NCBI RefSeq assembly: GCF_025526975.1
Contig: NW_026515671.1
Location: 434,001 to 498,000 of the forward strand
Direction of reading: 5' to 3'
Length of the DNA: 64,000 nucleotides
Origin: Fimicolochytrium jonesii
Taxonomy: Eukaryota
Position 1 is the first letter of the stretch. Every line of letters starts with the position of its first letter. The position numbers and the translations under genes are program-made. This document shows positions 37,276 to 50,649 of this stretch, piece after piece. The notes below the pieces were generated by a model, which saw only the letters and a program-made list of their open reading frames with translations, was not told the origin of the DNA and made no database searches.

Positions 37276-37484
37276 AATAGCGCCGTGCAATATTTTGGAA
37301 AATTATCAATGTGCATCTTCCATACCATCGTACCATCGCTGAGGTTGTTCGTTTCTGGATCGTCCGGGTCAGATGCTACGGAATGGCCAGAAGGTCATGC
37401 AGAGTAACGGAACAGCAAAGCGAAGTGATAGAGTGTCAAGAGACTAGTATTTACTATACAGAAAGAGAGCCGCCAGATGGATAT

Positions 37485-38303
37485 CTAAGCAGCAAGCTTC
37501 TCCTGACGCCTGAAGTAAGCGCTGAGAGGACCCTTGGGGGCAAGGTACTTGACGTAGCAACCGTCGGGCTGGAGGTTACCGGCTTGACGAGCCTCAACGT
37601 ACTGCTCACGAGTAAGCTTGGTGAAACCCCACTTGTTGGAAACAAGGATACGCTGACGTCCAGGGAACTTGTACTTGGCACGACGAAGGGCCTCGGAGAC
37701 AACAGCCTTATTGGCGTCCTTGGTGCGGACGGACATCAAGACCTGTCCGATGTCGACACGAGCAACGGTACCTTGGGGCTTGCCGAAAGCTCCACGCATA
37801 CCCTGTTGCAACCTGTCAAGAAATCGAGCGATCAGCCCAGACCGAATGTTTCTCAATCTCATATCCTCCTACGCACCTATCGGCACCAGCGCAGGACAAC
37901 ATTTTGTTGATGCGGATGACGTGGAAGGGGTGGACACGGACACGCATGTGGAAGGAGTCCTTTCCAGACATCTTCACGATGTACTTGTTGGCCGTGATAC
38001 GGGCGGCCTCAAGAGCCTCAGAGGAGATCTGCTCGTACTCATCGGAGAGAAGGTGGACGGTGCAGGGGAATTCGTCAACTCCGGCCTTCTTGCGTCCCAA
38101 GTCGAAGATACGGATCTTGGGGTCTGAAAAATGCGCCAAGTTAGGATATAAACCAGTAATATGGCCCGACCGGTTTCCCATGCGGGCTATACTATGCAAA
38201 ATTGGAAAGAGAGAGACATACCAGGGACGGCACGGCAGAACCGAGACTTGGGATATGGCTTGTTCTTCTGGTAGCGGTAGCAACGAGCTGGACGACGACC
38301 CAT
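37485..38303 (-). CDS. RPL10: 60S ribosomal protein L10 (uL16), 3 exons
   Basis: [73 protein letters not shown]. Confidence 0.98.
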
Positions 38304-39021
38304 TTTGGCTAGAGAATTCCGAGAGCCAGCAGGTTAGAATCAGTGAGATCATAGTTTCCAGATGCTTGTCGGTTGTGATCGTTCTACATTCCCTTCTCCT
38401 CTAAAAGGTCGACTAGTTCCGGGGGTGGCAGGTAGGGCGGAACTTTTCCGAAGCCAGCTGAGAAACTATCCACACCAAGAGGCTTGCCCGCCTGGACTCC
38501 ATGTCGTCTCTGTCGGATTCTCCGTCCCTTATATGAATCTACACCAGCCTGCAATGTCACACTTGAAATAACCGCAGAGAGTTTCCTGCAGTGAAACAAG
38601 GCGAGTCCAGACTCAGTAGCCGTTGCTGACACTCACCGATGAGACCCAATGGGTGTATAATCCGTTTGGTGAATCTGAGAGAAGAAACCGTCGGCTGTGA
38701 CCGTTCGCTTCTTGTGTGCGGGGCTCCGCGATCGATCACGTGACCCGCAACTCTCACATTTCATTCTCACGATGGTCAGACTCCGATGGTTTGAACATAC
38801 AATGCCAAGCACAAACATCCATTCGGGACATGGCTGGCTCTATATAATCTATCTGAGCTAACTAACTGATGATGAGTATCCGACAGCCCTCGAAGACGGG
38901 CTCCTGACCCGAAACCGAAAGCTACTTGTGATATTGTGATATGCGCGTTCCCCACTTGCAGTAGCGTCTAAAGAGGCACAGCCGCGATGTCCCGCATCAC
39001 CGCCCCTCATGCTTGCGTCTT

Positions 39022-40671
39022 CTACAAGTTCATCATCAAAGTCTGCCGCTTTTTCGCCCGTTGGTTTTGCGACTTTTCCCTCCGGTACAGTTCGTGGATG
39101 TCGTGCTCGCAGTATGGCCGGCCGTTGTGACTGTAGTAGACGGACACCAGTGGGGTGCGGCATACGCAGCAGGCCCAGCAGTTGGTGTGGAAACGGCGTC
39201 CCGTCTCAGCGATGTCTGCGCATGGACCTGTAGGAAGGAACCTGTATCAGCAATCTGCCAATAGTAGTGGGACTCCATTCACAGAATGAGAGAATGAAAA
39301 GCTCGTACCTTCAATTGGGTCCCCACAAGCACCGCAAAGCGAATTATTCTTCTCATGAAAGTGAATGTTGCAAAGTGGTTCGTCGTCGTACACGTAAAAG
39401 TTACGATCTGCAAACGGTTCCTTGCAGGTCTTGCACACAAAGCACTCCTTATGGAACGACGAATCCAGTGCGCAGATGGTTTCGCCCTCGATTGGTAAAT
39501 CGCATTCTCGGCATTTTTCTGCTACGAGGTTTTTGTAGTCTGCCGCACAGTATACCTGTCGGGTGGGAAGAGTTAGAAAATCACATCCATGGGCAAATCC
39601 TGCTGAAATGAAAAGCTTACCTTATTGTTGTGCTCAAAGGGATTCCCTCTGATCGGCTTGAAGCATGCGGAACATTTCAAGTGCTCTTCGTGCCATGGTT
39701 TGCCAAGAGCATATACCACTCGGGAGAAAACACTCTGACCGCTAGGAAAGGAATGGAAGTGGTGAGTTGCGTGAGGGTGTGGTCAGCGCATAGACAACGC
39801 TAGCAATCTCACCATCCACCGCAAATGTTACGAAGCGACTGTTGATAGTCCTGCTCGCAAAAAGCCAGACCATCTTGAGGTATGAACGGATTGTCGTTGT
39901 CAAACTCCCGCTCGCACACACAGCACCTGACGGATCACGAGTATTAATAAGGTCACATTGATATGCACTCCTCGAATGTGACATATGTGAATCCGGCACG
40001 CACCTGAAGCACTGAATGTGGTAAACCCGATTGTCCAACGCCTCTATCTTGAACGCCTGCCTCGAATCATGGACCTCGGTTCTGCATCCCGCGCACTGCT
40101 TCCGTCCCGATGATCGTTGTTGCGCCTGCGCGCGGTTATTATTGCTCTCCATACTCATTTCGTCCAACAGACCGGACATAACGTCGTCCGTAGGGTAGCG
40201 CGATCCGTTAGGCGTGGTATCGTACGGACTGGAAGGGCTCCTCGCGCTACCGCTCCGAGCGCTTCTCGGCTGATCGCGACTGTCTAGCCTGTCGGTTCGG
40301 ATGTTGTCCAGTCGCGGGCCTTTCTTGGAAACGCTTCGCGGGGCGAACTGCCCGTTTGCGGGGCCACCGCCGCCGGGTGACCCGCGGCTGTAGTCTGGAC
40401 CGCCCGGACTTCGGCCATTGTTATTATAGTTATTTGGGCTGTTGTTGGAATTGTTGAAGTAGTAGGAGTCGGTCAACTCGTCGACGGGCGAGTATGGTGC
40501 TTCCTCGTAGCGCCCTCGCTGTTGTTGTTGCCGTTGTTGTGGTTGGTTTATGGCGTGGGGGCCGCGGCCTCCTGCGAACCGACATCGGTGCCGCTGGCTC
40601 ACGTCGAGCAACTCTCCACAATCCCTGCACCTAATGGTGGGGAGCTGCGAGTAGTAAGCGGACTTGACCAT
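39022..40671 (-). CDS. Paxillin-like protein with four LIM domains, 5 exons
   Basis: LIM1 CAGC..YHIQCFRCCVC..FCEQD; LIM2 CGGC..WHEEHLKCSAC..YCAAD; LIM3 CREC..FHKECFVCKTC..LCNIH; LIM4 CGAC..FHTNCWACCVC..YCEHD; N-terminal CRDC..HRC knuckle. Confidence 0.88.
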
Positions 40672-41487
40672 TCTTGACTAATGCGTTTCTAGATCGACAC
40701 AGTCAGGCGTGGGAAAGCGGGATGGAAGTTGGACCTCAACCGTGCGTAAAAAATGGGTTGTGTTGGAGATGCGACTGGTGAAGAGTGGGTAACGCAATGC
40801 GATGGAGTAGGTCGGATGAGGCTTCAACGGTTTGACAGATGCCTTTCACCTTCCCGCTGAAATATAAACTTTCTGTGTGAGAAACTTCGAAACGGCTCAC
40901 TTTCTCTTTCCTTTGCCGCTCTCATCATGCCGCGCTACGGCCCCAAAAAGAGACGGTACCGTCCCCGCGGATCTCGCAGCCGACCGCTGATTTATTGTTG
41001 TACTGTACAAACGCTTCAGGTGTGGGGTTTCGGTTGCAGAATTCGGACATTTCGCGCCAGGAGCCGGGCGTGTGGGTCAGACTCCGAACTCCGCTGACTC
41101 CGCTGTATACGTGACGCCGGTGGGAAATTTTGATTAAATATGCACGGACTCGGTTTTGGGCCAGTCAAGAAGGGAAGACACCCGATTGCGGCTCCAGAAA
41201 AGTGTTCCCTGGGGGAAGAAGCATGCCGATTAGAGGGCTTTCCGGCAACTGAACACATATTCCGCCATAGATCTTTTTACTATTCACGTATGTACATGCA
41301 TACAAGCTTGAATTACAGGTAAACCGATGAGGTAGAGAATCGGGTGATAAAGATATACACTTGCTCTATCTGATCCTGCAGATGTCCGCCCGCTCAACAA
41401 GATCACAAGTCTAACAAGATCCAGATCTAGAATACGCCCGAGTTGGCCAAACTGCAGATGAAACATGCAGGCTACCCTTGCATTCTC

Positions 41488-43187
41488 TTACGTCCCGAGC
41501 GCTGGAATCACTGCCGGAATCGCCGCCGGCCCTGGTAACATCATCCCGCCGAAGACGGATTTGAAGAGATCGGTCAACGTCGAAGGACAATCGAAGGATT
41601 GTTCGCGGATAGATGATGGTTTGAACCCCGTCCATGCGATGATCTTCAGGTCCAGCTCTATCTTCAAGGTCATGGTCAGCTTCGAGCCCGGCTGCTTTTC
41701 TAGAATCCCCGGAATGCCGCAAGCCATGATGAAAGCAGCCAAGACTGGGTCCCCTGGATCGGCGCACCCAGCGCCCGGATTGATTTTTTGCGCAAGTAGG
41801 CAGGGAATGAGCTTTAAGGCTAAAATTTGTGGATCAAATGGCAAGCTGCGTTGATAGGAAATGAGGATGGGAAGCATGATTGTCGTGTTTGCTCGTTTGT
41901 CGATGTGGATATCGACAATCTGCGAAGATGCGATGAGGGTACCACCAGGCATCGGTGTCAATGGCTTCTTCTGGGGATCCATCAAGTTCAACAAAGTGCC
42001 CTGTATGGAGGAGAGAGTACAAGGTCAGACGACATGCCCGTAGTGGCAAGCGCCGCAAAATTTGGGAAGACTTACGTCAACTTTCAAAGTGTTAATGGTA
42101 AAGCCGACGTTGTTGGGCGAGTCCACGGTTACATTGACCCCCAGACCGAGATCGAGCTCAAACGGAGCGGCGGTGGATGCATCGGTCAGACTGCCGGTAA
42201 TGCGAGGTCCAGGTGACCACTTGAAAGCTGAAGCTGCGCCGGCCGTTGTTGGGGGAAGTTTGAACCCAGCCGCTGTGACGGGTATATAGGGCGATGAGGT
42301 CGCGATGTTAGGAACCTTGGGCCAATAATACCACGCAGCAACCCCGCCGCCCGCTAGCAGCAGGAACAGAATAGTAACAAAGGTGAGACAGCAGCGTCGT
42401 GTGCCGAAGCACCCGCAGCAATATCGCGGTGTCCCAATGCGCTTATTGTTGTTCTTGTTGTCGTCGTCATTGAAGCCCGCTTTGAAAGCCCCAGCGCTCG
42501 ATTTCGTAGCCAGTGTATGAGCTGCTGGTTTAGCGGCGCCTGATGGATCTAACGGAGTCCTCGATGCTTGGGAGTACTTCGTTGATGCCTGGGAATACTT
42601 TGTGGAACCGTGGCTGAACTCTGATCTGGGCGAGGGATACCGATACGCATCCTTTGTGGGTGTGTGTGGGACTGCATAGGACATCGGAGTTGATGGTGTT
42701 TGCGGGTGGTACAGGTCATTGTTCTGGGGATAGCCACTGTACTCGGAAGGAGGGTAGGCAGACATTTCTTGCTGCTGGGGGTACTGCGCGCACTCCCTCT
42801 GTGGTTGCGCCGCATAGACATTGTGCGTGTGAGCAGACTGTGGTGCATCGTAGCTGTAGTTGTTTTGGGCGTGATAGGGATCCGGTCCGCCTGCTGATGC
42901 CGGATGGCTGAATGTTGGTTGAGGTTGAGGGTTGTAATACGACTCTTCCGGTTCGTAGTAGGACTGCAAGACATTGGAATTTAATCAGGTGTTCATGCTT
43001 GGTCAAAGCGACAGGCCCGCTAAAGCATTTCTAGTCAACAAACACCCACCTGGCCGTAGTCATTCCCATAGTGAGCCGGAGGGGCTCTGTCGTCGTGTCG
43101 CCGAGAGTCGTCGTAGCCGTAGGCATCGTAGGGCCCACCACCGTGCGGCGGTTGCGCGTGCTGGTGAGACCCGTACGGTCCGCTCAT
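41488..43187 (-). CDS. Type II membrane protein with a Cys-rich juxtamembrane segment and LEA_2-like luminal domain, about 3 exons
   Basis: Tyr/Pro-rich N-terminus, RYCCGCFGTRRCC then TM and YWPKVP, VNVTVDSPNNVGFTINTLKV, ANTTIMLPI, ACG, SFDCP. Confidence 0.65.
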
Positions 43188-45143
43188 CGCACAGTCCTTA
43201 CTTTCGTTTGACTTCTTCGTAGGTTCGTTCAGACTTCACTTCCGTAGTAGCAGCAGGAGACCGTACGTAGGATAGGAATGGGTGTGAAGATGTCGCATGA
43301 ATCGTGGTCGGAACGGGGTGAGGATGTGGGAGCCAGCTTTGAGCAGCTTTCAGCGGCAGCCCATGGCAAGCAGGTTTCTGGCGCGCACGGAGTGATGTGC
43401 AGTTGATGGGATCCTTCATGAAGTTCATCAAGTCGCGGCTTTGTCGGATCTTCGGTGGCGTCGCCAGCGGCCGAGGATCCACAATTATTTTGTATTCTGG
43501 TACACTTAATCTTACGCATGTTAAGGGCGACATCCGCCCATAGAAGCTGCGGCAATTTGCGGAAGCTTCTCACATTTATCAATTTTCAACCTTTGAACGT
43601 CCAACAACCCGTGAAGCCATCTCCGGCATCCCAGAAAGGCAAACATCAGTACGTATACTCTCACCTGTCGACATGGATCTGGAGCCCATGTGCAATGAAA
43701 GTAGATGCAATGCTCAGCACTCACGGTTTCCCAGGACTTTCGAGAGCGATGGGTCCTGCACTTGTACCAAGTTCGCCTGGGCGGTAGCCCCTATGTAAGG
43801 GTCCTTTCCGGTGCTTCCGCGACAAGTGACGAGGACGCTGCCCTTTCTGGAGTGTACATGTGTGCCACGGAAGTCAATCAACACGTGCGAGGTTATGTCC
43901 TTGAAAGATCCTTGACCGGCGCTGATCGCACATCACCCTAAATCTCTTCCAAAACCAATTGCCATTGCATGTGGCGACGCACCCAGCATCCACGATGGTG
44001 CCCCATCCTTTCCGACGCGGGACCATTTGAGCTCTGACGCGGGACGTTTGAATGTTGAGGAGTCCCCAAAGCTTGGGCAAACGGAAGTGGGAGGCTTTCG
44101 TCGTGAATCTAATGAACCTTGAGCGACCTCAACCAGCGACCCAAGATCTACATAATCTTTGAGCTCCACTTTTCATTGGAAGAAACGCCGCCTTCGGACC
44201 ATTCCCAAGTTCCCAACCGTGGCTTTGACCCGCTCCCCTTCCCCCACGTTTCGTAACCTCCCCCCATGATGAAGGAGACCGATGTGTCGCGCGAGATGTG
44301 AAAACGTTCACTGCGACGCGCACACGAGCCCTTCAGAATTCATTCCGCACGCGTCACAGTGATTGTGTTTGGACTTGCTGCTCCGACACCGGACCGACTC
44401 CTTGGGTCCTGGACTCCTGGCACATGCACTCCTCCACTGTGCATGTACATACAGTACATATGTTGTACATACAGATGTACCCAGTAGAGTACAGTCGACA
44501 CCCCAAGAGCTTCCAAGTCCTACTAACAATTTTATTGGACGAACTTGGTTGCACGGTATTACCTTGTGACGGGCGATCTTCGGGAAACTTTCAGATGCCT
44601 CTCACAAGGGAAACATCTTCCCTGACAAAAAGAAAGCCGCATCTAGGTGATGATATCGGAAGTTTCCACCACGACGGAGCATCAAGCTCCAGAAGAGAAA
44701 GGCCCCACGGTTGTCAGCGGCTTAATAACAAGGAAGCCAGATATGGAGATCCCAGCCTTTCGCATTCAAAAATCCGTTGATGGCGATAGAAAAGGTGTGC
44801 ATCCAGTGTCTGTGGAACCCATGGTTGGGCTTCTTTTGCGATCAGAGGCACAATGTGGACCAGCAACGGATACATTGCTCTCGCTCGTATGCCTTCTTTC
44901 GTCTCCTGTCCATCTCTTCTTTTTTCGGATGCTTTCCCTCCGTTTTTGGGGAATGTACGCGGGGCAGACACGCTCCTGCGGGATTTGCTGCGATGGGACC
45001 TCCTTTCCTGAGGGCATTCGCCGATGCATGCCGGAGCATAAAAGCCGGAGTGCTTCCCTGCCTCCCCATTCTCCCACACCCCACCCCACTCTCAAGCGCT
45101 TTCAAGCTTTCTACGTCTTTGCATCCCCAAAGCATCAGGCAAC

Positions 45144-46142
45144 ATGACCCTCGCCAAGCTTTTCATTGCTACCCTCGCCGGACTCTCCATCTTCGTGTCG
45201 GCCGCAACGCAGGATCCCAAGTGTGTGAACGCCGGAGGCATTTGCCAGGTAGGTCGCCCTTTGTCCATGAAACTGCTGATAGCAAAAAGCAGCTAATTTT
45301 TCTCATGATGAACAGGCCACCACCTCCTCCTGCGACGGCGGCTACGTGACCAACTACTGCCCCAGCTCCGGCGACTCCATTAAATGCTGCGTCCCCACCA
45401 ACGATGCCAAGTGCAAAGGTATCGGCGGAACATGCAAGTTCACGTCCACGGGATGCTCCAAGGGATTCTTGACCAACTACTGTCCTTCCGGCGGTGATGG
45501 CATCAAGTGCTGGTAAGCGTCCATTGACTTTTTCCGCCAAGCAAAACACATGGCGCATACTGAACATGCACCCATCCCAAATGACAGCCCTCCATCTGGC
45601 GGTGGTGGCAGCGGCCAGCCCTGCTCGCCTGTTCCCAAGACCCGTGCCGGTATCGTTGCTGCCGCACTGTGGGCCCACAACACGGGCACGCACGCGACTT
45701 ACACCCAAGGCGCCGGACGATGGTCCGGAATCGACAATCACATCTGCCCGCACAGCGGCATCCCGCCCAAGATGGATTGCTCCTCGTTCGTGACTTGGGT
45801 TTACTGGAGTGCTTTCGGCAATGGCGCTGGTATGTGTATTGATCTACGCTTCTAGTCACGCAAGATGAAGGCTGATTTTTCCTCCCGCATGACACAGATC
45901 TCCTCAACGGCGAAAGCTGGAACGCCGGCTACACCGGCACCCTGAAAGACCACGGAACCGCCGTCTCCCTCTCCAACGCTCAGGTTGGCGACCTCGTCTT
46001 CTACGAGAACCCGGCGCACGTCACCATCCTCGTCGACAAGTCCCCTGCTCAGGTCGTCAGTTTCGGATCCAGCGGCCCTGTCAACTTGTTGAACATCAAC
46101 TACAGGACCGTCTCCCAGATTAGGCGCTATAATCTGTTCTGA
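45144..46142 (+). CDS. Secreted NlpC/P60 family cysteine hydrolase with two N-terminal six-Cys repeats, 4 exons
   Basis: Signal MTLAKLFIATLAGLSIFVSA; repeats KCVNAGGICQ..YCPSSGDSIKCC and KCKGIGGTCK..YCPSGGDGIKCC; catalytic MDCSSFVTWVY, AQVGDLVFY, AHVTI. Confidence 0.88.
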
Positions 46143-46612
46143 AGGAGCGGGCTCCTTTGTCGACATAGAGGTTGCTGCATCTAGATTTCGTTTTCGTGCA
46201 TTTACATTTCCATGTGTGTTCGTTTTCCATTCTGTGGACTTGGATTTTAGATATCAATGATGAATATCAAAGACTTCTCAACATACCCTAATCGGGGCTT
46301 GAGGATGCTGCAACGGATCCTCCGCATTTTTTGACATTCTTCTCCACTGAAGGAGTGAAGTTCATAATGTCCTCATAATGTCCCCCGGGTACCTCGCGGT
46401 ATTGCATCTGTACGCTGTCGGAAGTTCAGATGTGGAAGTTGCCACATCTCACGCGTCCTGTCAGAAACGCGTCAAAAAGTGATGACACTCTCGGCGGAGA
46501 TTGCTCTCGGAGCCAGAAATCCAAGCAAATGTGATCTGTGGCGTCTCCCCCCTCAACAATACCTTACTTCCGAGAGTCCTGCAACGGAAGTCCTTCAGAG
46601 AACGTCTTCACA

Positions 46613-47433
46613 ATGCCGCTCATAATCCAAGACGCACTTTCCCGGATCCTGTTGTTTTCATTGGGTTTCATAGGAATCATGGCAGCACATGTTGGTGAGT
46701 TTGAATCTCGCGGTCAAACATGCGATTCAAATGTTGATTGTATCAAATGCTCCACTTCCATTCAGATGCAGCAAGCACCACGGCGAAAGGCACATGGACA
46801 CGGAGCACCGGCCTCTCCTGCACAGGCTTTCTCGCCTCCGCGTCAACCGACGCATGCATCCTTGCCTGCACAAACGCCTATACCGTAACCCAAAACGACG
46901 ATCTACTCACCAACGGCATCCCCTTGAACACCACTCCGCTCCCGGACAATTGCCACTGCGACGCGCTCTCCGCCGAATGGGAGCAGACGGCGACTGCAAT
47001 GACGGGATTGGTTGTATTCCTTGAGTTTCAGTGCTCGTGGAGCGGTACATTGCTGTCGGATACGTCGATTGATTCCACCGTGACATGTGTGCTGGCAGGG
47101 GTTACAGCGACTTGCAGTGGGAAATATGACTGTACGGCGGGCTGTGCGCCTTTTGAGACGAAGGGGTTTGCTGATTGGGTCGATGCGAGCACTTGCTTGG
47201 GTATCTCGTGTCCTGGCGGGATTGCGGGGACAAAGAAGCAGACGAGGACTTGTACACTACCAGCAAAGGCAGATGGGACGCCGGGATGCAATGGAGTTAC
47301 GCAGAGGACTGTTGGCTGTGTGGACGCAGATTACTGTGCTCGGTCTGTCAAATCTGGCGGGGAGAGGCAGTCCATCCTTTTGTATGGGCTGTTAGCTTTC
47401 CCATTGATGCTGCTATTCCAAAGATGGAGGTAG
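46613..47433 (+). CDS. Secreted or GPI-anchored Cys-rich protein with a thrombospondin type-1-like repeat, 2 exons
   Basis: Signal peptide, FADWVDASTCLGISCPGG..KKQTRTC..GCNGVTQRTVGC, hydrophobic C-terminus. Confidence 0.65.
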
Positions 47434-47724
47434 AATTGTTGAATACTCGTATCTATTTTGGGGTCCTATCGGTGTTCCTTTGCGATAGCGATACCCCCGC
47501 CTTCACATCTGATTCAGCGGCCAATGTTGTAACTTTCGAGTGCACATGACGGATATTCACAAATAATCAGCAGAAGAGGTGAAAGAAAAAAGAAACAAGG
47601 AAAAAACACCCCGGCCAAAAACCGCGAGTATGTCTCGCAAACTCGCCCCCCTCCCTCCGGTCCTGTGCGTTCCTTTCCCGGCACAGATTTTTTTGCACGG
47701 TCTACGCGAGCTGCTTGTGTGTCG

Positions 47725-48408
47725 TTACAAAACAGTGCAGCACGCGCATGCACGCGCAACCCCGTCGACTCCAGCAGCTGGCCTTGGTTTCTCCTCTGAA
47801 GGGGTGAAACGAGCATGGTTAGCTTCACTCAGGCCCTTCGGTTCCGTTTGAAACCGGTGCCTATACTTACCTGGCTCTGTGTTTGCGCCAGGTCGAAGTA
47901 AAAGGTGCACCACAACGGTTTGTCCTGGTTCGAGTTTTTGGGCTATAGACGAACTAGATCAGTATTTTGTATGGCTTTCTGAAGCAAAGATTCGCAGGGC
48001 TTACATGCAAGGGTTGTTGCGGGCTCGAAGAATTTGCCTTGATGTAATACGCGTAGGCCTTGAGGAGACTCTGGCTTCTCGTCAGCCCATTCTAGAAAAG
48101 CGATGAGGTTCGTACATGATGGAAGTAAAGAGTGAGCCGATCAGAGTCAAAAGCGTATGATCTGAGTTTTCTGACGTACCACCAGGCCATGCCTCAAAGA
48201 TCTGAGACCTTACAAAGTCCACCGTCGCGGTAGGGTCGAACAACAAATCCGTTCTTCGTCCAGATATAAGCAAGAACCGGAGATTCACTTTGTTGTTTGG
48301 CACCCTGTCGTTGACGACAACCGGTGGTCCCTCTTTCAAGGCATTTGGGCGGACTTCGATCGATGGACCGTCCGTGACCTGAGTATTCTCTACTGAAGCG
48401 TCTGCCAT
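47725..48408 (-). CDS. UBL3: Membrane-anchored ubiquitin-fold protein (UBL3/MUB), 4 exons
   Basis: VNLRFLLISGRRTDLLFDP..IFEAWP|EW..LRVLHQGKF..TTVVHL; C-terminal CAAX ACACCTVL*. Confidence 0.88.
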
Positions 48409-49406
48409 TCCTAACTGCCAACGCGGCTGGAACCGGACGACCACTTAGAAGCACTACGGAAACGGAACGCTGGTTCCAGCGCGCGGTGGCTACGAAGGTC
48501 TGGGCTCAAGAGAAGTTCCTGTATGAGGGATGAATTCAATTTCTGCTTTACAGCCACACTCTCATTTAGTTTCGCAGGTAGGCGAGGCATCACTATCCGC
48601 CGTGCTCAAACAAAAGCCGCCCACTCCTCAAGTTAGATTCCCTCCGGTTTGTGTCAGGGTGGATGCACGTGATCGCTTTCTCAGGCTCTTGAGCAACGTT
48701 ATAGGGCTTCCCAGCCTGGATGATTTTACAAACACCAACCTGACAAAGCTTCAGTAGCGAACGTTCCGTATAAGGTCCGCGCTGTGCCGCTAAATACTCG
48801 CGAAGCTGTAGCTCGAGAAGAATGTGCTGCTGCCCTGAAGCTCCACGGCCAAGGGTGTATTTCGAAAGTGAGGATACGATGCGGCGGATTGCAAGTAACT
48901 GTGGGGGAAGCCTCGGTGAACGAAGTCTCGACCGCTGTTGATCCTCGTTTACGTTGATCGTTTACGTAATGAGCCTCGTGCGCAATGACCGACCGGTTCC
49001 GAAGCGTGCATTTCGGACATCTGGAGGTTTCGTTGGTTTCCTCGACTCGCAATTGTAACTCTCGCACTAAAAAGGCGTGGTAAACGAGAAACGCAGGCAC
49101 AACAAGATTGGTATAGCACAGGTACGATGTATTGCTTGAAGGTGGGCTCATCACGATTTTTGCGCTCCTGCTGCCCTCATTGTCGGACGGAAAACCCACC
49201 GCTAACTGAGAATCCTGCAGAACTGAGCATCGAGCAGAAAACGTCTACTTGTCGATAAGCCGGTTCCCACCACAGGCTATCAGTCAGCTGCCTCGACGCA
49301 ACACCGTCACATACTTCCTCGCTTTCTGTATGTTTTTTTCAGGTCGCCTGGCGTACGTACAATGGTTGCTCATGCTGAGCTCCTACACCATCAGAATACT
49401 ATAAGG

Positions 49407-50257
49407 ATGGCACATCACAAGCCTCGTAGCATGCCCGTAGGGCAACGCAACGTCCTGCGGCCAAACGACTCGGCCTCACTGTGGAACTGCACACTCTCTC
49501 CCGGCTGGTCGCGAGATGAAGCCGACATACTCCGCAAAGCCCTCATGCGCTTCGGAATAGGCAACTGGAAGGATATCATGGAGAGTGGGGCACTGCCGGG
49601 CAAGACGAACGCACAGTTGAATCTGCAAACACAGAGGATGTTGGGGCAACAGAGTACGGCAGAGTTCCAATTACTCCATATCGACCCGCTTGTGATTGGA
49701 GAGAAGAATGCGCAAATACAAGGGCCGGATGTGAAGAGGAAGAATGGGTTCATCGTCAATTCTGGAGGTCAGTGATGATGCATCTGATGCACCCAGGCCT
49801 GATGGATGCCAACCTATCAGAGATTGATGAGCGTTAGTCGACAGGAAAGGTGACGAAGGAAGAGAAGCTACGAAGAATTAAGGAGAACAAAGAAAAGTAA
49901 GGCTAGCTGGGTGAATTGTACTGGTACGACACGTCGCTGACATCTCGCATTGTATCTGATCAGGTATGAACTGCCAGAAGAGGAATGGCGAGCGATAGAA
50001 CTTCCGAAGATAGACGAGCCATCAGCGCGTAAGTTGATGTAGTCTCTCGAGTTTCAGGGATCCCAGCTGAGCTTTCTCATCCAACAGTTCTGCAAGCGAA
50101 GGAAGAGCAAATAAGAAAGCTCGAGCAGGAGCTCGCACTAGTGCGCAAACTCATAGCCGCGAAACGGGAAGTGCCAGAAAACGACGAAAACGTAGATGTG
50201 CTGGGGACGGATGTCGATTCGAATGGACCAAAACGGCAGAGAATGGAGGTTGTATGA
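49407..50257 (+). CDS. p1: p1 DNA-binding subunit of the MTA1c/AMT1 DNA N6-adenine methyltransferase complex (Myb/homeobox-like), 4 exons; alternative start at 49362
   Basis: SLWNCTLSPGWSRDEADILRKALMRFGIGNWKDIMESGALPGKT..QTQRMLGQQS..LHID..RKNGFIVNSG|GKVTKEEKLRRIKENKEK|YEL matches my recollection of the ciliate p1 N-terminal domain. Confidence 0.85.
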
Positions 50258-50649
50258 TGCATCACGCCGCGAGGGATCCGGGCATGTGAGAAGGCGTATT
50301 CACGTGCATATTTTTGGCGGTGGTCGGCGTACATGTGACGAAGTCTCGTTGTCATTTTGCGAGAATTCCTGAAAGACAGCCGACTAGGCTTTCAGAACGG
50401 CGAGCCCGGAAGAGACCACTTCTGATGTCTGATAGGATAGACGGTGTCTTTTCAAATGGCTAGCCAGACTCTCATCGCCTCATTTTGGGTGGTTTGAAAA
50501 TTGGCATTGTGTGTGTACATATGTACAACGTGGGTACGACATCCAAGATCAAGGAGCACTACCGCCGTACGTCATTCTCCGCTTCTCTTCCCAGCTCTCT
50601 GTGGATATCATCGAAGTTACGTCAAGAACCGTACTTACATCGCGAAGTG

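Noticed and set aside
37311..38404. Long plus-strand ORFs antisense to RPL10
   Set aside because: Typical shadow ORFs caused by strong codon bias in a highly expressed gene.
43200..45100. Many short overlapping ORFs in a 1.9-kb gap
   Set aside because: No coding signature or motif; best read as divergent promoter and UTR space.
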